DNA of 59,720 bases from a virus (Duplodnaviria; Caudoviricetes), in the IMG/VR virus record IMGVR_UViG_3300045996_001340, positions 1-59,720 of that record. The stretch is one strand, 5' to 3'. Both the position numbers and the translations under genes were made by a program. Of this stretch, positions 18,090 to 27,168 are shown in pieces. The notes under the pieces were generated by a model. The model was given only the letters and a program-made list of their open reading frames with translations, was not told the origin of the DNA and searched no databases. The first letter of the stretch is position 1; each line of letters starts with the position of its first letter.

Positions 18090-19364
18090 GTGGTCAATCT
18101 AGCAATCCGCGCGAGCTCCGCTGTCGGCATCTTTCCGGAGCCATCGGCAGCTCCGTCCTGGTTCACGGCGATGGCGTATGGCGAGTGGGAAGAACTTCCG
18201 GCCACCAACACTATCTCCGACGTCGTTCCGAGCCCGGTTCCGGATTCAAACCTCGGCGGCGAGCACGTCAGCGGCATTGTCGACTCGTGGTGCTCTGGCG
18301 CCAAGTCCGAAGAGGGGCACTACATTCTCTGCGCGAACGGCGGACACGCCGACTACCCCGGCAACGAGCTATACCGCATCAAGCTGCTGGACGAGAACTT
18401 GACTTGGCAGCGCATGACAGACCCGACGCCGAATTCTGCAATGACGGACATCGTGGGCGAGGGAGGAGGCATCTACAGCGACGGTCGTCCGCGCGCGATG
18501 CACTCGACCTGGAAGTCGTACTGCGACGGTCGCGTCTGGTATCCGCGCATGAACGCGGTGACTTCTGGCGGCGGCGGCGGCGTGGATTTGGTCGTCTCGT
18601 GCGACTACGAAGGGGTCAAGGACCGCACCACACCGCTCCCCTATGACAGCGGCAGCTTGGGTCCGTGGGAGATCCACGGCGGCCCGGTCAACGCGACATA
18701 CACGAACTGGCGCTTCGGCATCTCTGTTGCCGATCCCGTCGACCACTACGTCTACGGTTTCCCTGGTCGCGGCTACACGGACAGCTACTGCAACATGTGG
18801 CGTGTCTCCACTGCCGGCGGTACTTACGGCGACATCTCGCCGCTCTCGTTCATCGACGGCGGCTCCTCTTACGCGGACTTCGGCGGATGGGGCGTCTACT
18901 GCGAAGGCATGCGGCTGATGGTGCTCGGCGACAGCCGGGAGGATCCGAATCCGAAGATTGTCTATCTGGATCTGACGCAGCCGTTCGAGGATGGCGCGAT
19001 GGTCAGCCACGCTGCCGCAACGGGGACAATCACCGGCACTGGCATCTACCGCGGCGGCTCGGGCGGTTGCTTCGACGAAGTGAACAAGCGCGTCTACGTC
19101 ATGGACCCGCGCACAAACGGCGCGGAGATAGCCGTCCTGCAGCTCCCGCTGTCAGGTGGCAACTTCAACCCTTCAGGCGTTTGGGCTTGGCACACGCACG
19201 ACGGCGTGACCGACCCGATGGTTGACGTCAACCCTCTTGCGAACAACGCCACGCACGCTCGTATGCAGTTCCAACGCATGCAGAACGGAGAAGGACTCAT
19301 CTTCTATACCCCGAACGTCACAGGCGGCCCGTGGGGCATGCGCGTGCCCGCGGCAGGACTGTAA
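18090..19364 (+). CDS. Putative beta-propeller (Kelch-like) virion protein
   Basis: W.SGA...NGGHADY.GNE.Y...DGRP.AMH. Confidence 0.62.
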   Translation: MVNLAIRASSAVGIFPEPSAAPSWFTAMAYGEWEELPATNTISDVVPSPVPDSNLGGEHVSGIVDSWCSGAKSEEGHYILCANGGHADYPGNELYRIKLLDENLTWQRMTDPTPNSAMTDIVGEGGGIYSDGRPRAMHSTWKSYCDGRVWYPRMNAVTSGGGGGVDLVVSCDYEGVKDRTTPLPYDSGSLGPWEIHGGPVNATYTNWRFGISVADPVDHYVYGFPGRGYTDSYCNMWRVSTAGGTYGDISPLSFIDGGSSYADFGGWGVYCEGMRLMVLGDSREDPNPKIVYLDLTQPFEDGAMVSHAAATGTITGTGIYRGGSGGCFDEVNKRVYVMDPRTNGAEIAVLQLPLSGGNFNPSGVWAWHTHDGVTDPMVDVNPLANNATHARMQFQRMQNGEGLIFYTPNVTGGPWGMRVPAAGL

Positions 19365-19795
19365 TGCAAAGCGATTGCTCAACTTGCCCAGCGCCTTGCG
19401 GCGGCAAGGCCCAGAAGCGCACGGTCATTGATCGTTCGAACGTTGCGCAGGCTCAGCACGGCGCGATCGGAAAGATGTACTTCCGGCGCATGTCGCTGCC
19501 GAAGGGCGGCATACACAACGGTCACGCCCATTTCATCGACCATGTGTCGATCGTCTACAGGGGTACCGTGCTGATCGAGTGGCGCAACGAGAAGACCGGC
19601 GACACCGGCGAGATGCTCGTCGACGTTCCGCCGGAGCTGATCGGCGGCGTGAAGCTAAACATCCTTGCCGACGTGTGGCACAAGTTCACCGCGCTCAGCG
19701 ATCAAGAGGTCGTGTGGGATTGCGTGTTCGCACAACCGACCGACGCCGAAGACAAACCCGTCACGTTCCATCAAGAGCGACCAATCAGTGGCTGA
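19364..19795 (+). CDS. Cupin-fold protein
   Basis: GHAHFIDHVS..Y.G.V...WHKF. Confidence 0.72.
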   Translation: MQSDCSTCPAPCGGKAQKRTVIDRSNVAQAQHGAIGKMYFRRMSLPKGGIHNGHAHFIDHVSIVYRGTVLIEWRNEKTGDTGEMLVDVPPELIGGVKLNILADVWHKFTALSDQEVVWDCVFAQPTDAEDKPVTFHQERPISG

Positions 19796-20123
19796 GCTTC
19801 TCATCTGGATCACAGACAAGCCCGGAGCGGCAGCCCTTACGAAAGGCGATGTCATCGCCGTACAGCCCGACGGTTGGAGCTGGGGACGCAAAGAGCTCGA
19901 CAACCCGGAGTGGAGAATCTGGCGTCTTGCGGGCATCCTCGCCCGCGACCTTCAACACCTGACGGACGCCGACGAAAGTAAGAACGCGAGGCATTTCGAT
20001 CTCTCAAACGCCGAGGCGTTTGTTGCTCGAGCGCATCCCGGCGTGCTTGCTCTGACCGCACAAGAATCAAAGACCGTCCTTTCATGGCTTCGCGACAAGC
20101 CAACTCTCGGGACGATAGGATAA
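19788..20123 (+). CDS. Fibre-associated protein (chaperone-like)
   Basis: MAELLI...KGDVIAV.PDGWSWG..E; GTG overlaps the upstream stop. Confidence 0.6.
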   Translation: MAELLIWITDKPGAAALTKGDVIAVQPDGWSWGRKELDNPEWRIWRLAGILARDLQHLTDADESKNARHFDLSNAEAFVARAHPGVLALTAQESKTVLSWLRDKPTLGTIG

Positions 20124-21854
20124 ATGGCAACCACAGTCACAAGCTCCATCGGCACGAGCGGGCGCGATTACTCGACGCTGGCGGCGTGGCTGGCTGCGTG
20201 CCCTGCGGACTTGGTTGCAGCAGACCAGATCTGGCGCGGAGAGTGCTACAACGACGCCGAGTTCGTCTCGAGTTCGCAGCTGCTGAATGTCAGCGGTATC
20301 ACGTCCGACGCCACGCGCTACCCCATCCTGACGGTTGCGACCGGACAAGGGTTCAAGGCAAATGGCGGCGCCGCCACGCTGCCTCTGCGCTACGACCAAT
20401 CGAAAGGCGTCGGTATTCGCTTCAACGGAGGCTACGCCAAGATCATCGAAGGCGGCGGCATCCTGATCGTCGATGGTCTTCAGATCAAGTACGATTCGAG
20501 CTCGAGCTCCAACTACTCGATCCCGATCACCGGCCTGCGCGCGATGCGCAACTGTATCTTCGAAACGATACAGACGGCCAACATCGTAGTGAACTACGTC
20601 CAGGAGATCGCCAACTCGGTCCTGGTGTACAACGGCGCGACGTTCAGCGGCACAGCCGTTCGTCCGAGCTCCGGCACTGACCGCATCATCAACTGCACGA
20701 TCGTGCGCCCCAGCGACCTCACGGCCGGAGGAACCGGCATCGCGGGCGGCTCCGACGGGTATCCGCAGGTCACGAACTGCGCAGTGTTCGGATTCACGAC
20801 GCCGTTCGACGGCACGATCGCAAGCTACGCGGCCGGCAGCGGCAACAACGCATCCGACGTCGCAACAACCGCGATGGCGGGAGGCTCGGGCGGCTCGAAC
20901 CAAGGCAGCCTCACATACGCCTCGCAGTTCGAGAGCACGACCAATGCGTCGCGCGACTGGCGGGCCGCGGTCGTCGGTGTGCTGGAAACGACCGGCGTTC
21001 GCGCGCAGACGTATACGGCCGACCTCGACATCATCGGCGCTTCGCGCTCAACGACCACGCCGAGCATTGGCGCACGCGAGTACGTCACGGCCAGCACCAA
21101 CTACACGCTGACCGTCGACCACGGCCAGCTTGCGATGACCGGCCAGGATGTGACGCTTACAGCCACTGGCAACTACGCACTTGCTGTCGATCACGCACAG
21201 CTCGCGATGCAGGGACAGGACGTCACGATGACGCCCACAGGGAACCTCTCGCTGGCCGTTGACCACGGGCAGCTCGCGCTGCAGGGGTACGACGTTCTCT
21301 TCATCCTGACAGCCACCGGCTCGCACGCCGAGCTCGCCATGCAGGGGCAAGACGTCACCTTGCAACTCGGCTCGGGGTACACCCTCGCCGTCGACCACGC
21401 ACAGCTTGCGATGCAAGGGCAGGAGGTGTTGTTCGCGCTCTCTGTCGTTGGCAGCCACGCCGAGCTCGCGCTTCAAGGACAAGACGTAGGCTTGCTCGCG
21501 GCCAACAGTTTCTCGCTTACGGTCGACCACGCACAGCTGGCGATGCAGGGGCAGGACATCGGCCTGAGCTACACCGGGAACTATGCGCTTGCGGTCGAGC
21601 ACGCGTACCTTGCTTTCGCGGGATCGAATGTTGTGCTATCATACTCTGGGCTGGTACTCGCGGTTTATCGACGCTGGTTCCCGCTTCCTCTCGCCGAAAG
21701 ACTCAGCTGGCTCCGTCGCTACTCGACGATGCACGCTGACGCAATCTCAGAAGCCGCTGGCGCATCCAACTGGGCGCGGTACACCCTGTACCGAAACGTC
21801 GAGGTGGATATTCATTCCGTTCCAGGATACCCGCGGCGCAACTACACAAACTGA
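20124..21854 (+). CDS. Fibre protein: N-terminal beta-helix plus eight C-terminal beta repeats
   Basis: RDYSTLAAW...NCT/NC beta-helix, DIIG..R....SIGA.E, then L.VDHAQLAMQGQDV repeats. Confidence 0.75.
   Translation: MATTVTSSIGTSGRDYSTLAAWLAACPADLVAADQIWRGECYNDAEFVSSSQLLNVSGITSDATRYPILTVATGQGFKANGGAATLPLRYDQSKGVGIRFNGGYAKIIEGGGILIVDGLQIKYDSSSSSNYSIPITGLRAMRNCIFETIQTANIVVNYVQEIANSVLVYNGATFSGTAVRPSSGTDRIINCTIVRPSDLTAGGTGIAGGSDGYPQVTNCAVFGFTTPFDGTIASYAAGSGNNASDVATTAMAGGSGGSNQGSLTYASQFESTTNASRDWRAAVVGVLETTGVRAQTYTADLDIIGASRSTTTPSIGAREYVTASTNYTLTVDHGQLAMTGQDVTLTATGNYALAVDHAQLAMQGQDVTMTPTGNLSLAVDHGQLALQGYDVLFILTATGSHAELAMQGQDVTLQLGSGYTLAVDHAQLAMQGQEVLFALSVVGSHAELALQGQDVGLLAANSFSLTVDHAQLAMQGQDIGLSYTGNYALAVEHAYLAFAGSNVVLSYSGLVLAVYRRWFPLPLAERLSWLRRYSTMHADAISEAAGASNWARYTLYRNVEVDIHSVPGYPRRNYTN
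21098..21650 (+). repeat. Eight tandem 18-26 aa coding repeats
   Basis: Core H[AG][QE]LA[ML]QGQDV. Confidence 0.85.
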
Positions 21855-21865
21855 AGGCCGCTTGT

Positions 21866-22492
21866 TTGAAAGCACTGCTCGTTGTTGGTAGCGCCCCTTG
21901 CGCGCTGGAAGACTTGGCTGTTGCGCGATCGTTGTACCCCGACCACGAAGTCATGCTGGTCAACGGCGCGTGCACAATGGTGGAGAAGGCGGAGCACATT
22001 CTCGCCGGGCACACCGACAAGGCGGAGCAGTTCGCCAAGGCTCGCGAAGCGAAGTTTCCGTTCGCGCAGCCAGTGCGCGTTCACGCAAGCTTTCGTGACG
22101 CGAAGAGGGGCAACCGGCGCGAGCGTGAGCTGCGCACTTTCTTCCCCGCCGTCACGGACTGGTGGGGCGCCGACAAGTCCTCCGGAGCCACCAGCGCTAG
22201 CAAGGCGGCACTGATCGGCATCGACATGGGCTTCAGCCCGATCGTGCTCTGCGGCTGTCCTATGGACGGCTCGGGCTACTCGCCGGACGAGGCGGTCGTC
22301 AAGCACGACAACTCGTGCCAGCGCGTCGGCGATCCGCGCATGCAGGATCGCGCAACGATCCGCCGCTACCGCGACAAGCTCGCGACGTATGCACAAACGA
22401 TGTTCAAGGATCGCGTCTACAGCATGTCCGGCTATACGCGCAAACAGCTCGGAGCGCCTCCCGCGCTCGCCGTCGCAGGGTGGCTGGAATGA
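21866..22492 (+). CDS. Maf/MptE-like (sialyltransferase-related) sugar-transfer protein
   Basis: VVGSAPC...LVN...SGATS...MGFSPIVLCGCPM. Confidence 0.6.
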   Translation: MKALLVVGSAPCALEDLAVARSLYPDHEVMLVNGACTMVEKAEHILAGHTDKAEQFAKAREAKFPFAQPVRVHASFRDAKRGNRRERELRTFFPAVTDWWGADKSSGATSASKAALIGIDMGFSPIVLCGCPMDGSGYSPDEAVVKHDNSCQRVGDPRMQDRATIRRYRDKLATYAQTMFKDRVYSMSGYTRKQLGAPPALAVAGWLE

Positions 22493-23124
22493 TTGTCAAC
22501 GCGCTCGGCAGAGAGTGGTCCTGGCCCGAGCAGGACGAGAAGTGCAGAGAGGTCGTCTTCGAGTGGGCGAAGGATCTCGAGATCGCCTACAAGCACTGCC
22601 GTCAGTTTCGCACATGCGTACAAGCGGGCGGGAACATGGGCGTATGGCCCTACCTGCTGTCCAAAAAGTTCGAAAAGGTATACACGTTCGAGGCAGACCC
22701 CCGGCTGTATTCGCACCTCGAAGAGAATCTCAAAGGCTGCCGTAACGTGAACATCAATCACGGGGGCCTCTGGTCCGAGCACGGGCAGTGTCACATCAAG
22801 GACGAGAAACCGAACAACCTCGGCGCGCAATTTGTCGTGCCGGACGAAGACGGCGCGGTGCCGCTCTGGCCGCTCGATGACTTCGAGCTGAAAGACGTCG
22901 ACCTGATCTACCTCGACATCGAAGGGGCCGAGTGGGCGGCTCTCCAAGGCGCGTACGAGACGATCTCCAAATGGCGGCCGACGATCGTCGTCGAAGACAA
23001 GGGGCTCAGCGAGAAGTTCGGCACCAAGAAGGGCGACATCGAGCGCTGGCTCTACAAAGAGTTCGGTTACGTCGTCTCCGCGCGCCCGCATCGCGACGTG
23101 GTGATGGTTTGCGCATCGCGCTAG
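22489..23124 (+). CDS. FkbM-family methyltransferase
   Basis: QAGGNMG...VYTFEAD...LIYLDIEGAE..ALQGA..TI...RP.IVVE. Confidence 0.9.
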   Translation: MIVNALGREWSWPEQDEKCREVVFEWAKDLEIAYKHCRQFRTCVQAGGNMGVWPYLLSKKFEKVYTFEADPRLYSHLEENLKGCRNVNINHGGLWSEHGQCHIKDEKPNNLGAQFVVPDEDGAVPLWPLDDFELKDVDLIYLDIEGAEWAALQGAYETISKWRPTIVVEDKGLSEKFGTKKGDIERWLYKEFGYVVSARPHRDVVMVCASR

Positions 23125-23795
23125 TTCTCCGCTCCGGCGGCGAGTTCAAACCCGAGCATGTTCAAGCCCTGGCCTTCCAGCTCAGCCTGTATGCACCCAA
23201 TCGGGAAGTGGTTGTGCTTTCTGATGTGGACGTGCCCGGAGTGCGGCGCATCCCGCTCAAGACTCAGTGGATGGGTTGGTGGGCGAAGATGGAATTGTTT
23301 CGGCCGGACATCGAAGGCGACCTCCTGTTCTTCGATCTCGACACCGTCATCCGTGGAGACCTCAGCGATGTCCTCGCCAACCAAGATCTGACGGTCCTCC
23401 GCGACTTCTATCGCGACGGCACGCGCAAGCCGCTCGGCTTGCAAAGCTCGATGATGTTCCTGCCCGAGGCCGACCGCGCCGGTGTCTGGGCAAAGTTCCG
23501 ACCGGAACTTATCGCCGAGTACAAGCGCAAAGGCGTCGGCGATCAAGCATTCCTCGAGTCGCTCTGGTCCGGCAAGGCGAAGCTCTGGCAAGACCTCGTG
23601 CCCGGACAGGTCGTCTCCTACAAGGTCCATTGCAAAAACAACGGCGTCCCTGAAGACGCGCGCGTCGTCACCTATCACGGCAAGCCCAGGCCGTGGGACG
23701 CGGAAGGACAGAAGTGGCTATCGAATCCCATTCAAAAATCAGCATCATCTCCAAGGCACTCATCCTGCTTGGAGAGCAACCGCTCAACTCCCTGA
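23109..23795 (+). CDS. GT-A fold glycosyltransferase (GT8-like)
   Basis: GWWAKMELF...FFDLDTVI (DxD)...SSMM...GDQAF...YHGKPRPW. Confidence 0.88.
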   Translation: MRIALVLRSGGEFKPEHVQALAFQLSLYAPNREVVVLSDVDVPGVRRIPLKTQWMGWWAKMELFRPDIEGDLLFFDLDTVIRGDLSDVLANQDLTVLRDFYRDGTRKPLGLQSSMMFLPEADRAGVWAKFRPELIAEYKRKGVGDQAFLESLWSGKAKLWQDLVPGQVVSYKVHCKNNGVPEDARVVTYHGKPRPWDAEGQKWLSNPIQKSASSPRHSSCLESNRSTP

Positions 23796-24280
23796 GTGAC
23801 GACCGCTACGGCGCGACCGTCGGCGCGAACCTGTTCGAGATCCATTTCGAGAACGAGCTGCAGGGAAACCCCTGGCGTTTCGCCTCGAAGAAGAAGGCGC
23901 TCAGCCGCCTCAACCTCGAGCCGCTGAACCAATACCGCTACGTGTTTCAGCTGCCGTCCGATTGCCTCATCGTCAGCCACGTCTACCCCCGCACCGATTA
24001 CGAGATCTTCGGCGCGCATCTGTACGCGAATCAGTCCTCGGTCGATCTCGACTATCGCTTCAAGCCGGAAGTCTCCGCGCTGCCTTCGTACTTTGCGCTC
24101 TACCTCGCGTACGCGCTCGCGAAGGACATGGTGAATCCGATCACTGAAGGCGCGGCGACGAAGGTCCAGGTCTTCACCGGCAAGTACAACCAGCAGCGTT
24201 CTGTCGCGCTCTACGCCGACGCGCAGGCTCGTCCCTCGAAGCCTATCCAGGACAATCCGTTCGTGCAGGTCCGCGGGTGA
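23714..24280 (+). CDS. Tail adaptor (tubular protein A, T7 gp11-like)
   Basis: IISKALILLGE...PWRFA...FQLPSD...F..YLAYALA. Confidence 0.85.
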   Translation: MAIESHSKISIISKALILLGEQPLNSLSDDRYGATVGANLFEIHFENELQGNPWRFASKKKALSRLNLEPLNQYRYVFQLPSDCLIVSHVYPRTDYEIFGAHLYANQSSVDLDYRFKPEVSALPSYFALYLAYALAKDMVNPITEGAATKVQVFTGKYNQQRSVALYADAQARPSKPIQDNPFVQVRG

Positions 24281-26748
24281 AGACGAAGTCGGTCCAGTCC
24301 AACTTCCTGTCCGGCGTTCTCGACGAGCGCGCCTCGGGCCGCATTGAAACAGATGCCTACAACCAAGGGTTGCTGGTCGGTCGCAACATCGAGCTGCACC
24401 ATCTCGGCGGCGCGCGACGCCGCCGTGGATTGCAGCACAAGCAGTCGCTGAACAACGTGTTGACGCGGCAGAGCGCGACCGTGACATGCCCCAATGGCGG
24501 CACGACGGCGAACGCCAACGACGACAGCACAGCCACGTCGGTCACAACTACGACGCCCGTCGGCACGACAAACGAGTTCGTTGTCGTGAGTTACGACCTC
24601 GGCTCGTTGCAGACGATCACTGCAGCAGACGTTCTCGGCATTGCGACGGTCTCCGGCTCGAGCACGGAGTTCAGGTTTCAAGTCAGTACCGACGGCGTGT
24701 CGTGGGTCAATGTCGGCACGACTGCGCAGAACTTTGAACTTGTCGACACGACACCGAGGGACTACCGGCGCACCGTGGCCGACCCCGCACGCTACATCCG
24801 CGTCTCGCGAGTCGGCGTCACGAATCTTCCGTCGAACATCACGCTGACCGGGATGAATATCTGGGTCGCATCCGCAGTCGTCTCCGACGTGCGATTGCTC
24901 CCTTTCGAGGTGTCGAACTCCCGGCGGTTCCTCGTAGCGCTCACGGACCGGTCCGCAACTATCTTGGAGAACGGCACTGTTGTCGATCGCGTGCCGATGC
25001 CGTACGCCTCGGCGGATCTGCGCGAGATCGACGCAGACGCAAGCGAAGGTGAACTCGTCCTCACGCACGAGGACTACGCCCCGCGCGCGTTGTTCGAGGA
25101 GGACGAAGGAAACTTCCAGTCGTTCGAGCTCGAGTTCTCGAACATTCCTCAGATAGATTTCAACGACACCATGAGCCCGACGCCGACGTCTTGCGTACAG
25201 ACGATCACCCTCGGGGGCACGTGGGCCGTCGGAGACACTTTGCAAGTTGACCTGGAGGGCGCGCGCTCCGGCACGATAGCGTACGCGGGCGACACAACCG
25301 CCGCGCAGCAGACGGCCACCGCGAACAACATCGCCCGTGCAATTCAGAAACTTTACACGGTCCCTGGCTTTCAAGGCGTCACGTGCACGCGCTCGGGGGC
25401 ATTGACGTACACCGTCACATTCGCCGACGGGAGTGCGAAGAACTACCAGTTGATGACTGTGCTGCCGGTGGTGAGCGCGGCGGGCACCGTGTCGGTGGCG
25501 CTGACGACTCCGGGCGTTGCGCGGACGGAGGATCTCTGGAGCGCGACGCGCGGGTGGCCGCGCACTGTGGCGTTCTACGAGAAGCGAATCTACTTAGGCG
25601 GCACGCGCGATCGTCCGCAGTCACTGCTTGGCAGCCACGTCGTCGACACGCTGAACTTTGATTTGGCCGAGGGTCTCGACGACGAGGCGATCTTCGTCTC
25701 GATCTCCGGCCAGCAGACGAATGTGATCCAAGGGATCATGTCAGGCGATGCGCTGCAGGTCTTCACGACCGGCGGCGAGTTCCGCTATCTCAAGCGTGAC
25801 GGCGAGCCGATCACACCGGCAGACGTGCCGAAGAACCAATCGAACAACGGGTCGAAGCGCATCAGACCCGTGCTCGCTGACGGTCGCACGATCTACGTGC
25901 ATCAGACCGGCAAGGCGCTGCTCGATTTCAAGTACAACCTCGACGTCGATAAGTACAGCTCGCTGTCGCTCACGTCGTTGGCGCCGCACCTGCTTGACGA
26001 CGTCGTCGACATCGCCGCGTGGAACGGCTCGCAGGAAGACGAACTGAACTTCGTCTTTGCTGTGAACAGCGACGGTACGGTTGCCGTGCTGAACCTGCGC
26101 CAGGAAGCCGAGGTGAAAGCGGTTGTGCAGTGGACAACGCAGGGCGAATTCAAAGCGGTAGCCTGTGTGCTGCAAGACATCTACTTCGCCGTCCTGCGCG
26201 ACATTGACGGTACGGATACGCTCTTCCTCGAGCAGCTCGCGTACGACTACTACACGGACTGCGCGACAAAACAGACTGGTGCTGCGACAGACACCGTTAC
26301 GGGGCTCTCGTACTTGAACGGCGTCGAGTGCCGCGTGCGCGCCGACGGTTACTCGTTGCCTCGCGAGACGCCTTCTGCCGGCGCGGTCGTTCTGGACGAC
26401 GAGTACGAAGACATCGAGGTCGGGCTGAACTTCGACCCAGAGGTCACTCCGATGCCGCTGCACACGCTCACCCCGAACGGCTCGAACTTCATGGATAAGC
26501 GACGCGTCGTTCGCGTGTCGGTGCTGGTGCGCGACTCGCTCGGCATTCTGTGCAACGGGCGTGTTCTGCCCGACCGTCAATTCGACGTCAACAATTTCGA
26601 CGAAGCCCCCGTTCCTGTCAGTCGCGTTCACCAGCTCGAAGAGTCGACGAACTGGGACTTCAAGACGGCAAAGACAGTGTCGTTCACGCAGGTCGATCCT
26701 ATGCCAATGGAAATTCTCGCGATTCAAGTTCAACTGGAGTCTGAGTAA
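24277..26748 (+). CDS. Tail nozzle (tubular protein B, T7 gp12-like) with inserted domains
   Basis: QSNF.SGVL...GGARRR.G...GWPRTVAFYEKR...FTTGGE. Confidence 0.87.
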   Translation: MKTKSVQSNFLSGVLDERASGRIETDAYNQGLLVGRNIELHHLGGARRRRGLQHKQSLNNVLTRQSATVTCPNGGTTANANDDSTATSVTTTTPVGTTNEFVVVSYDLGSLQTITAADVLGIATVSGSSTEFRFQVSTDGVSWVNVGTTAQNFELVDTTPRDYRRTVADPARYIRVSRVGVTNLPSNITLTGMNIWVASAVVSDVRLLPFEVSNSRRFLVALTDRSATILENGTVVDRVPMPYASADLREIDADASEGELVLTHEDYAPRALFEEDEGNFQSFELEFSNIPQIDFNDTMSPTPTSCVQTITLGGTWAVGDTLQVDLEGARSGTIAYAGDTTAAQQTATANNIARAIQKLYTVPGFQGVTCTRSGALTYTVTFADGSAKNYQLMTVLPVVSAAGTVSVALTTPGVARTEDLWSATRGWPRTVAFYEKRIYLGGTRDRPQSLLGSHVVDTLNFDLAEGLDDEAIFVSISGQQTNVIQGIMSGDALQVFTTGGEFRYLKRDGEPITPADVPKNQSNNGSKRIRPVLADGRTIYVHQTGKALLDFKYNLDVDKYSSLSLTSLAPHLLDDVVDIAAWNGSQEDELNFVFAVNSDGTVAVLNLRQEAEVKAVVQWTTQGEFKAVACVLQDIYFAVLRDIDGTDTLFLEQLAYDYYTDCATKQTGAATDTVTGLSYLNGVECRVRADGYSLPRETPSAGAVVLDDEYEDIEVGLNFDPEVTPMPLHTLTPNGSNFMDKRRVVRVSVLVRDSLGILCNGRVLPDRQFDVNNFDEAPVPVSRVHQLEESTNWDFKTAKTVSFTQVDPMPMEILAIQVQLESE

Positions 26749-27168
26749 ATGGGTGCGTTTGCCCCGATCCTCCTTGCCGTCACAACGGTCGCCTCCGGCG
26801 CTGCGTCCGCCGCGCTGCAACGTCGTTCCGGCAAGCTGCAAGAGATCCAGTACAAAGAGAACGCGAAGCAAGAAGGCGACGCGGCGAAGCAGCGCGAGAT
26901 CGACCGCAAGCGAAACATGCTGCGAGCCCTTGCGTCGCAGAACGCTGCGGCCGGCGCATCAGGTGCTGACTTCGCGGGCAGCCTCCAAAACATCGCTCGC
27001 GTCGACATCGAGCGCGCAGCGACCGACCTCAACACGGACCGCACCAACACATCGCGGCGCACTCGCGTCCTCAACGCCAGCGGCAAGGAAGCGGCACGCT
27101 CCGGCGACATCGCTGCAGCCGGCTCGCTGATCGACACCGCCGGCCAAGCCTACAAGAACCTCGGATAA
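26749..27168 (+). CDS. Internal virion/ejection protein (gp14-like)
   Basis: Hydrophobic N-terminus, Ala-rich, ASQ.AAAGASG; follows the nozzle gene. Confidence 0.7.
   Translation: MGAFAPILLAVTTVASGAASAALQRRSGKLQEIQYKENAKQEGDAAKQREIDRKRNMLRALASQNAAAGASGADFAGSLQNIARVDIERAATDLNTDRTNTSRRTRVLNASGKEAARSGDIAAAGSLIDTAGQAYKNLG

Noticed and set aside
21098-21650. CRISPR array or DNA-level tandem repeat
   Set aside because: The repeats are degenerate at codon third positions and conserved only as protein; no cas genes are present.
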